Assembly (NCBI GenBank): GCA_964466295.1
Contig: CAYXRC010000003.1
Coordinates: 407-64,406, forward strand
Direction of reading: 5' to 3'
Source of the DNA: an uncultured Ruminococcus sp.
GTDB taxonomy: Bacteria; Bacillota; Clostridia; CAKSNL01; HGM11501
Length of the DNA stretch: 64,000 nucleotides
In this document: one piece after another, positions 25,526 through 33,185 of the stretch
How positions within the stretch are numbered: the stretch's first letter is position 1
Layout: each line of letters opens with the position of its first letter
The notes under the pieces: generated by a model
The model's database searches: none
Told to the model about the DNA's origin: nothing
What the model saw: the letters and a program-made list of their open reading frames with translations, nothing else
Position numbers and translations under genes: made by a program

Positions 25526-27271
25526 TTATACGGCTCCTAAATCAGGTTTATCAACAAACAAAATCTCTTGTTTTCCTTTTATGCCATCTGATTCAAATAA
25601 AACTATTTCATTTTCTCCTTTTTTTAATACCGAAGCGGGAACATACAAGGTTTTCTGCGGTCCTTTGTCCCAATATCTGCCAAGATTAAAACCATTTATC
25701 ATTACAAAACCTTTAGTAAAATTGTCTGTATTTAAGAATGTATCGCATGGAACATCAACTTCAAACACTCCTCTATAAAACGCAGATGGTTCTTCCGCTA
25801 CATCTTTGGAATACAAAACATGGTCTATATTCTCCATAGGCAATGGATACACATCCCAGTTGAAATGAATTTTTCCATTTAGCATACATCTGCCGGCTAT
25901 ACCTTTTTTACGACTCATTTTAGGTCCAAAATTTGTTCTGCCCATATTTTCACAAAGAACTGTGAGCACATCACCCTGCTTTGCTGTAATGTCGATTTTT
26001 AATTCTTCATCGTTTATGTAAACAATTCCAACAAGATTTTTATTAATATAAATTTGTGCTCTGTCGCCAAGACTTTCAAACTTTAATTCTGCACCATTAT
26101 AATCACGATTTAATCTTGTCCGGTACGCAATATATCCATACCCCTGTCCGTAACTTTCCATACATTTGGGTACTTCTGAATGTATTGGAGAAGAAAGTCT
26201 TTCTAGATTATCAAAAATACCTCCTACTTCCGTAAGCTCTACCTTTCCGTATTCTTTTTTAGGTCTGTTCGGCGGAACTTCCGGGAGAGCTCCGTCAATA
26301 TATTTTTTCACCACATCACGGACTGCATAATATTTAGGAGTAACATCTCCACATTCAGATAATAGTGCATCATAATCATAACTTGTCACATCAGGAGCAA
26401 ACTTTTCATAATGATTTGCTCCGCTTGTAAATCCAAAATTTGTTCCACCTATGAACATATACATATTGAGGCTTCCCTTTTTAAGCATATCTTCTACAAC
26501 TTCTGCATACTTTTCTGCAGATGTGCAATGGTGTTTTTCATCTCCCCAGGCATCAAACCAACCACACCACATTTCCATACACATTTTAGGCGCATCGGGA
26601 AAAAGTTCATCATGAGCCATAAAGTTTTCTTCAACACGACTTCCGAAATTAAGCGTAGCAAAGCAACCTTCTACCATTCCGTCTAAAAGGCTTTCTTTTG
26701 AACTGCCATCTGAAGTAAAAAGCGGAATGTCTATTCCCTGTTCCCGGTAAAAATCAAACAAATACTTAAGATATTCTTTATCGTCACCATAGTAACCATA
26801 TTCGTTTTCACACTGCATCATTATAACAGGTCCACCGTTTGTACAAAGATACGGTCTTACCTCGTCAAATAGATTCTTAAGATAATTGCTGAAACACTTT
26901 ATATAATACGGATTGGAACAACGTATTTCCATTTTTTCATTTTCCTGTATCCACCAGGGCAATCCGCCGAATTCCCATTCTGCGCAGATATATGGTCCCG
27001 GGCGTACGATAACCATAAGTCCCTCTTCACCTGCTTTTTTGATAAAATCTGATATATTAAGATTGCCTGAAAAATCAAATTCTCCTTGCTTCTTTTCATG
27101 CATATTCCATGCGCAGTATGTTTCAACACAGTTACAGCCCAAGGCTTTCATTTTTTTGAAAATATCAGTCCATGTGTCAGACATATTACGGAAATAATGT
27201 ACAGCACCTGATATTATCTTTATAGGTTGCCCATCCCTATAAAACTGATTACCTTTAATCTCAAAAACCAT
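25526..27271 (-). CDS. Glycoside hydrolase family 35 beta-galactosidase
   Basis: 581 aa. GAVHYFR...TYCAWNMHE...RPGPYICAEWEFGGLPWW...QCENEYG is the canonical GH35 N-terminal catalytic pattern. Confidence 0.9.
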   Translation of the reverse strand: MVFEIKGNQFYRDGQPIKIISGAVHYFRNMSDTWTDIFKKMKALGCNCVETYCAWNMHEKKQGEFDFSGNLNISDFIKKAGEEGLMVIVRPGPYICAEWEFGGLPWWIQENEKMEIRCSNPYYIKCFSNYLKNLFDEVRPYLCTNGGPVIMMQCENEYGYYGDDKEYLKYLFDFYREQGIDIPLFTSDGSSKESLLDGMVEGCFATLNFGSRVEENFMAHDELFPDAPKMCMEMWCGWFDAWGDEKHHCTSAEKYAEVVEDMLKKGSLNMYMFIGGTNFGFTSGANHYEKFAPDVTSYDYDALLSECGDVTPKYYAVRDVVKKYIDGALPEVPPNRPKKEYGKVELTEVGGIFDNLERLSSPIHSEVPKCMESYGQGYGYIAYRTRLNRDYNGAELKFESLGDRAQIYINKNLVGIVYINDEELKIDITAKQGDVLTVLCENMGRTNFGPKMSRKKGIAGRCMLNGKIHFNWDVYPLPMENIDHVLYSKDVAEEPSAFYRGVFEVDVPCDTFLNTDNFTKGFVMINGFNLGRYWDKGPQKTLYVPASVLKKGENEIVLFESDGIKGKQEILFVDKPDLGAV

Positions 27272-27338
27272 AATTTTCTCTCCTATCTTAAATCATCTAT
27301 CATTTCAAATATTAAAATTTAACATAACTCACTCTTGG

Positions 27339-27520
27339 CTCGTGTCAAGTCAGGAAAACAGTGAATAATAAGACCTACTAACTTTTCCCTATTTTTTCAA
27401 CTGTTTTTCCTTTAACACTTTTCCTTAGAACCCGCGAGAATACTGGATTTTCTCGCATCCGATAGTATATGTAAATATCAAAATCGGCAAACTAATGTTT
27501 TAAATTGTATGGACTTGACA
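27339..27520. repeat. Island intergenic module, copy 3
   Basis: CTCGTGTCAAGTCAGGAAAACAGTGAATAATAAGACC ... CGCGAGAATACTGGATTTTCTCGCATCCGATAGTATATGTAAATATCAAAATCGGCAAACTAATGTTTTAAATTGTATGGACTTGACA. Confidence 0.8.
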
Positions 27521-27574
27521 AAAGTAAAGTCCTCCTATGTTTTCACTCGTGTACCCATATATTTCTCTTACTCA

Positions 27575-28342
27575 TTACATCTTCCCTCTTAACACGCTTT
27601 CTTTCAACAAAGCGGTGGGGTTATACCTATTAATCAATGTATCTAATAAAATTCTGTTTCCGTCAGACATTTTGGGACTAATTAATACTTCCATTTTATT
27701 AAAGCATCCATCATCTATTTTCAAATCAAAATAGTTTATTGGGAGTGTCACATTTCCAGCAAGCACTTCTTCATAAAAGTTGTTTCCATTATTCCAAGCA
27801 TTTGGCTTAATAAACCATAGTAAGTAACGCCATTCTTTTTGAAACTCCCAATACTTACTTTTATATTTTCCAAAAGGAGAAATCACTAAGCTTTTTTCAT
27901 CTTCTCCTAAAATTTTAGGTTCAAGGAGATTCAAATCATATGTATAATTCATTTTAACAAGAATACTTAATTTTTTATGTTCTGTAGTATATATTCCTTT
28001 TTGACGTAATTCTGATATTGGGATTAGTACATCATAATCAATTAATTCTCCAGTTTCTTTTACTGTTGCTTGTTCTGGATAACGTTTAAAAGGGTTTTTA
28101 GGCAATCCAATTCGCACACCACTTTCCATTGATGCATACATTTTCCACATAGGAATACTCTCTGTTGCTTCATCAGTCCAAGAACTAGCAAAAAATATTC
28201 TGCCAAAATTTTTCACATCACTTGACATGTTTTCTTGCAAATCATCCATTTTATCAAGAGGATTTAATCTAATTGTACGATTTCTTAAAATCAATGCCAA
28301 TTTATCAAGTGTTGTGTAATGATATAAAAATTCTTCTGCCAT
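27575..28342 (-). CDS. DUF2971-family protein, partner gene of cassette B
   Basis: 255 aa. The N-terminus FLYHYTTLDKLALILRNRTIRLNPLDKMDDLQE matches the DUF2971 signature (YHYT..L..IL....l.......NDp.E). Starts 12 nt after zinc-ribbon nuclease 2. Confidence 0.7.
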   Translation of the reverse strand: MAEEFLYHYTTLDKLALILRNRTIRLNPLDKMDDLQENMSSDVKNFGRIFFASSWTDEATESIPMWKMYASMESGVRIGLPKNPFKRYPEQATVKETGELIDYDVLIPISELRQKGIYTTEHKKLSILVKMNYTYDLNLLEPKILGEDEKSLVISPFGKYKSKYWEFQKEWRYLLWFIKPNAWNNGNNFYEEVLAGNVTLPINYFDLKIDDGCFNKMEVLISPKMSDGNRILLDTLINRYNPTALLKESVLRGKM

Positions 28343-28354
28343 AGTTCCCCCTTT

Positions 28355-30448
28355 TTATTTTTGCTTACTTCGCTTTTCTCTATAGCACTCCGGACACCCA
28401 CGCCCTTTGTTTCTGTTGATCACCATCGCTTGCCATTCATGACCTTGGCTACACTTCCACCATACTTTTTTATTACTGTTAGGCATTACGTCAGCAGGTG
28501 TTAATCCGTTATTCTTTTCATAATTCCATTCCTTTGCTAATGTTGGGTTAACTGTTTGCAAATCATTATATCCTTTTAAAACTTTTTTACCTGCACAATA
28601 TGGACATCCAGTTCCGTTATTCCTACTATATAACACTGCTTGCCATTCGTGGCCATTACTGCATTTCCACCATACTTTTTCCTTACTGTTGGGCATTACG
28701 TCAGCAGGTGTTAATCCGTTATTCTTTTCATAATTCCATTCCTTTGCTAAAGTCGGATTAACTGTTTGCAAATCATTATATCCTTTTAAAACTTTTTGAC
28801 CAGCACAATATGGGCATCCGTTTCCGTTGCTTCTATTAGATACGGTTGTTAACCATTCGTGACCTTTACTGCACTTCCACCATACTTTTTTGCTACTGTT
28901 AGGCATTACATCTTCCGGTGTTAATCCGTGGTTTTTTTCATAGTTCCATTCTTTCGCCAAAGTTGGATTAACTGTTTGTATATCATTTTTTCCTTTAGTA
29001 GCACATCGTCCTGAACAGTATGGGCATCCATTCCCTCTATTTCTACTATCAATCGTTGCTTGCCATTCGTGGTCTTTGACGCACCTCCACCATACTTTTT
29101 TCCCGCTATTCGTCGTGAAATGTTCTGGCTTCAAATTACCATTCTTTTCATAATTCCATTCTTTTGCTACTTCTGGATTGGAAAACAAAAGAGATTTTTC
29201 CTTTTCCGTATGTTCCCGTAAATTTTCTATAGCAATTGCATCTCTTTCTAACTCAACATCAACATTTCTACCAATTATTTCATTTAACACTTCTTCAAGT
29301 TTTTTTGATAAATCTTTATGATTCTTTAGAACAACAAAATCTATAGAACTATCATTTAGAGGTGCCAATCCCTCTCTTATCCTATAAAGTTTAATTCCAT
29401 ATTTTTTACACTTTTGATTTTTTTCCAAATCCTTTTTAATTTTGCTTTTATGCCAAAAGTATCCATCATATTCAATGGCAATTCTTTTTGATGGAATGTA
29501 AATATCTAATTCAAACCCTTTCTCTTTATAAGAATGTATTGTTTCTAATCCATATTTTTCAAGGTAATATAATAGCACATATTCAGGGAAAGAGGTGTTT
29601 TGTTCAGAATTACAAACCGGACATCCACTCCCATTAGTTCTGCTCCTTATCTCTGCTTGCCACTCGTGTCCTTTATTGCACTTCCACCAAACCTTTTGTC
29701 CGCTTTTCGCAGTAAATTGTTCTGGCTTTAAATTGCCATTCTTTTCATAATTCCATTCTTGCACTAAAGTGGGATTAACAGTTTGCAAATCATTATCACC
29801 TTTTAAAGCTTTTAGACCTGTACAATACGGACATCCATTTCCGTTATCTCTGTTATTTATCGTTGCTTGCCATTCATGACCTTTACTGCACTTCCACCAC
29901 ACTTTTTGACCACTATTCGCAGTAAAGTTTACAGGTTTTGAATCGCCATTTTTTTCATAATTCCACTCTTTTGCTAAAGTTGGATTAACTGTTTGTAAAT
30001 CATTGTCGCCTTTTAATACTTTGTTTCCCGAACAATATGGACATCCGCTTCCGGAATTTCTGCTACCTATTGTCGCTTGCCACTCGTGTCCATTGCTACA
30101 TTTCCACCATACTTTCTTACCGCTATTAGGCGTTACTTCCGCAGGTGTTAATCCATTATTTTTGTTATAATTCCATTCTTTTGCCAAAGCAGGATTAACT
30201 GTTTGCAAATCATTTTGACCTTTAACAGCAAATCTACCCGAACAATACGGACATCCAATCCCGCCTTTTCTACTATTTATCGTAGCTTGCCATTCGTGAC
30301 CTTTAATACACTTCCACCATACTTTTTTACCACTTCCAAGCGTTAACGTTTCAGGTTCAAAATTCAATTTGTTATTCTTGTCCCAGTTCCATTCATCCAT
30401 AAGTTGAGCATTATCGCTCACATATCTTTTTTCTTTCTTTTCTGCCAT
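28355..30448 (-). CDS. Multi-zinc-ribbon (4+4 repeats) protein with a central Vsr/DUF559-like nuclease core; paralog of 23466-25139
   Basis: Eight WWKC..GHEWQ....R..G.GCPYC repeats with a 70-aa period. Central ELDIYIPSKRIAIEYDGYFWH...LYRIRE. The 5' UTR and first ~35 codons are nearly identical to the paralog. Confidence 0.75.
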   Translation of the reverse strand: MAEKKEKRYVSDNAQLMDEWNWDKNNKLNFEPETLTLGSGKKVWWKCIKGHEWQATINSRKGGIGCPYCSGRFAVKGQNDLQTVNPALAKEWNYNKNNGLTPAEVTPNSGKKVWWKCSNGHEWQATIGSRNSGSGCPYCSGNKVLKGDNDLQTVNPTLAKEWNYEKNGDSKPVNFTANSGQKVWWKCSKGHEWQATINNRDNGNGCPYCTGLKALKGDNDLQTVNPTLVQEWNYEKNGNLKPEQFTAKSGQKVWWKCNKGHEWQAEIRSRTNGSGCPVCNSEQNTSFPEYVLLYYLEKYGLETIHSYKEKGFELDIYIPSKRIAIEYDGYFWHKSKIKKDLEKNQKCKKYGIKLYRIREGLAPLNDSSIDFVVLKNHKDLSKKLEEVLNEIIGRNVDVELERDAIAIENLREHTEKEKSLLFSNPEVAKEWNYEKNGNLKPEHFTTNSGKKVWWRCVKDHEWQATIDSRNRGNGCPYCSGRCATKGKNDIQTVNPTLAKEWNYEKNHGLTPEDVMPNSSKKVWWKCSKGHEWLTTVSNRSNGNGCPYCAGQKVLKGYNDLQTVNPTLAKEWNYEKNNGLTPADVMPNSKEKVWWKCSNGHEWQAVLYSRNNGTGCPYCAGKKVLKGYNDLQTVNPTLAKEWNYEKNNGLTPADVMPNSNKKVWWKCSQGHEWQAMVINRNKGRGCPECYREKRSKQK

Positions 30449-30544
30449 AATACTCAACTCCTTTTAATTTCATTTTTCAACGCTATTTGGCATCATTCAA
30501 ACTTATTCGACACAATTCTTACTCGTGTCAAGTTAGGAAAAAAT

Positions 30545-30922
30545 CTATTTTTTAAATTTATTTATCCAGCTTAAAATTTCATCATATTTCATATCCCCTG
30601 AAGCAACGGACAAACCTAAATCAACAACATCTGCATTTGAGCAATTCATTTTTATACCCTCTGCTTCTAAGAAAGTCAACATAACATATACACCGATTCT
30701 TTTATTCCCGTCAACAAATGCATGATTAGATATTAACGAATATCCAAGGCTCGCCGCTTTTTCCTCTTTTGTTTTATAAAGCTCTTCTCCGCCAAATGTG
30801 GCATAAGCATTATTAAGAGCACTTTCTAAAAGGCCAACATCTCTCACACCAACATCACCGCCTGTTTCCTCAGCAATCAGTTGGTGCAGGAGCAAAACCT
30901 TTTCTTTGTTTAATTTTATCAT
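30545..30922 (-). CDS. doc: Doc (death-on-curing) Fic-fold toxin
   Basis: 125 aa with the HAFVDGNKRIG Fic/Doc motif. Overlaps the upstream antitoxin gene by 4 nt. Confidence 0.9.
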   Translation of the reverse strand: MIKLNKEKVLLLHQLIAEETGGDVGVRDVGLLESALNNAYATFGGEELYKTKEEKAASLGYSLISNHAFVDGNKRIGVYVMLTFLEAEGIKMNCSNADVVDLGLSVASGDMKYDEILSWINKFKK

Positions 30923-31161
30923 TTTGCCAGCTCCTCAAACGCAGGCTTGAAACGATTCATAATCCTTTTTGCTGCTACATCAATTTTTTCATCATCAGTA
31001 ATATCAAAGTATGAATCAGACTCTAAATCAATGAGCAGAAATTTCGGTTTATTATTTTTAAATATAACCGCCTGACCGTTATTTTCTGCTACCTTGGCAA
31101 CCTTTGAAAAATTTTGATTTGCTTCTGTCATAGTTGTGATTGTATCAGTATTTATATTCAT
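30919..31161 (-). CDS. phd: Phd/YefM-family antitoxin
   Basis: 80 aa. TEANQNFSKVAKVAENNGQAVIFKNNKPKFLLIDLE matches the Phd/YefM N-terminal fold pattern. Translationally coupled to doc. Confidence 0.8.
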   Translation of the reverse strand: MNINTDTITTMTEANQNFSKVAKVAENNGQAVIFKNNKPKFLLIDLESDSYFDITDDEKIDVAAKRIMNRFKPAFEELAK

Positions 31162-31192
31162 AATCGCCTCCTATTATTTATACAATAAATAT

Positions 31193-31235
31193 ATCCTATA
31201 TTTTATATTATATGCAAATTGTAGGATGTTGTCAA
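31193..31235 (-). promoter_or_regulatory. Consensus promoter of phd-doc with a flanking ATCCTA/TAGGAT inverted repeat (candidate autoregulatory operator)
   Basis: On the - strand: TTGACA (31230-31235), 17 nt, TATAAT (31207-31212). Inverted-repeat arms at 31193-31198 and 31222-31227. Confidence 0.7.
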
Positions 31236-31459
31236 CCTATTATTTCCGACAGCTTTCCCTTAAAACTCCCAAACGATTTGGATGCGGCTGATTTTTAATG
31301 AATAATTAATAATGAATGATGAATAATTTAAATTTTAAAATCTTCCTGCGATTTTCTTTTAATTCAAATGCGAAGCATTTATTCCTTTATTCATTTTCAC
31401 TATTCATTGAGTTTTCTATGCAAACTCATTATACCACACAGAAGGCTCTTTTTCAACAC

Positions 31460-31496
31460 AAAAAAAGCGGAGGCTTTATAAGCCTCCGCTTTTTAT
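31460..31496. terminator. Intrinsic terminator at the end of the pur-fhs operon
   Basis: AGCGGAGGCT-loop-AGCCTCCGCT stem flanked by A7 and T5. Confidence 0.85.
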
Positions 31497-31498
31497 TT

Positions 31499-33172
31499 TT
31501 AGAACAATCCTGTTATCCTGCCTTCATCATCAACGTCGATATTCTCTGCCGCAGGCTTTTTCGGAAGTCCCGGCATTGACAAGATATCGCCGGTCATTAC
31601 CACGATAAATCCTGCTCCGGCAGATACTTTTACGGTTTTAACCGTTACCTTGAAATTATCCGGCGCTCCCAAAAGCTTCGGATCGTCTGAAAAGCTATAC
31701 TGAGTTTTTGATATGCATACGGGAAGGTCAGAAAATCCAAGCTCTGTCAGCCGTTCTATTTCTTTTTTTGCCTTTGCCGACAAGATTATTCCGTCGCCTC
31801 CGTATACTTTTTTAACAACCTTTTCTATTTTCTCCTCGATTGAATCCGTACTTTCGTAGGCAAACTTAAAATTGCCCTTATCTTCGCAAAGCCTTACAAC
31901 CTCTTCTGCCAGTGCTTTTCCTCCGTTTCCGCCCTCCGCCCATGCGTTGGACACAACGGAGTTAACGCCCAATTCTTTGCATTTTGAAACGATAAATTCG
32001 GTTTCCTTTTCCGTATCCGTGGGGAATTTATTCACCGCAACCACCGCCGGAAGTCCGTAAACCTCGGTTATATTGGAAACGTGACGCAAAAGATTGGGAA
32101 TACCTCTCTCCAAGGCTTCGATATTTTCGTCCGCAAGCTCATTTTTCGCCATACCGCCGTGCATTTTAAGAGCACGCACGGTAGCCACAATAACTACCGC
32201 GTCCGGCTTAAGCCCTGCAACACGGCACTTTATGTCCAAAAACTTCTCGGCGCCGAGATCCGCCCCGAAGCCTGCCTCCGTCACGGTATAGTCGGCGGAT
32301 TTAAGAGCCATCCTTGTAGCAAGTATAGAGTTACAGCCATGGGCAATATTAGCGAAGGGACCGCCGTGGCAGAATGCCGGAGTCTTTTCTAAGGTCTGGA
32401 CAAGATTCGGCTTTAACGCGTCTTTTAAAAGCGCCGTCATTGCGCCCTGGGCGTTTATATCGCCGCAGGTTACAGGCTCGTCGTTGTAATTATAGCCTAT
32501 AACTATCCGTGAAAGCCGTTTCTTTAAGTCCGCTATGGAATCTGACAGGCAAAGCACCGCCATTATCTCGCTTGCCGCAGTAATGTCGAAGCCATCCTCT
32601 CTCGGAACTCCGTTTGCCTTGCCGCCCATCCCGTCAACAATATATCTGAGCTGACGGTCGTTCATATCAACACAGCGCTTCCAGGTTATCCTTCTCACGT
32701 CAATTCCAAGAGCGTTACCCTGCTGAATATGATTGTCTATCATTGCCGCCAAGAGGTTGTTCGCCGCACTGATTGCGTGAAAGTCCCCGGTAAAATGAAG
32801 GTTTATATCCTCCATGGGAACGACCTGGGCATAGCCGCCGCCTGCGGCTCCCCCCTTAACGCCGAACACGGGTCCTAATGAAGGCTCTCTTATAGCGACG
32901 TTCGCTCTCTTTCCGATTTTATTAAGTCCGTCGGCAAGCCCTATCGTTGTAGTTGTTTTTCCCTCGCCTGCCGGAGTAGGATTTATTGCGGTTACAAGTA
33001 TCAGCTTACCTTCCGGTCTATCGGAATCGGAAATAAACGAAAGGTCTATTTTAGCTTTATTATTTCCGTACTGCTCTACATATTTATCCGGGATTCCGGC
33101 TTTTTCGGCTATTTTTTTAATGTGCTCTGCCTTGCACTCATTAGCAATTTCCAAATCTGATTTATAACCCAC
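31499..33172 (-). CDS. fhs: Formate-tetrahydrofolate ligase
   Basis: KSDLEIANE...[14 protein letters not shown]...is canonical Fhs. The GTG at 33172 (AAGGGGGA SD plus 8 nt) is preferred over the tracked ATG, which overlaps purL. Confidence 0.9.
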   Translation of the reverse strand: MGYKSDLEIANECKAEHIKKIAEKAGIPDKYVEQYGNNKAKIDLSFISDSDRPEGKLILVTAINPTPAGEGKTTTTIGLADGLNKIGKRANVAIREPSLGPVFGVKGGAAGGGYAQVVPMEDINLHFTGDFHAISAANNLLAAMIDNHIQQGNALGIDVRRITWKRCVDMNDRQLRYIVDGMGGKANGVPREDGFDITAASEIMAVLCLSDSIADLKKRLSRIVIGYNYNDEPVTCGDINAQGAMTALLKDALKPNLVQTLEKTPAFCHGGPFANIAHGCNSILATRMALKSADYTVTEAGFGADLGAEKFLDIKCRVAGLKPDAVVIVATVRALKMHGGMAKNELADENIEALERGIPNLLRHVSNITEVYGLPAVVAVNKFPTDTEKETEFIVSKCKELGVNSVVSNAWAEGGNGGKALAEEVVRLCEDKGNFKFAYESTDSIEEKIEKVVKKVYGGDGIILSAKAKKEIERLTELGFSDLPVCISKTQYSFSDDPKLLGAPDNFKVTVKTVKVSAGAGFIVVMTGDILSMPGLPKKPAAENIDVDDEGRITGLF

Positions 33173-33185
33173 AAAAATTTCCCCC

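Noticed and set aside
23466-30457. Regularly spaced repeats that might suggest a CRISPR array or satellite DNA.
   Set aside because: The period is 210 nt with no short conserved repeat/spacer alternation. The repeats are in frame within long ORFs and encode the zinc-ribbon units.
31316-31579. An 87-aa + strand ORF at the right island boundary.
   Set aside because: It is an AT-rich low-complexity translation that runs through the fhs terminator hairpin into the fhs 3' end on the opposite strand.
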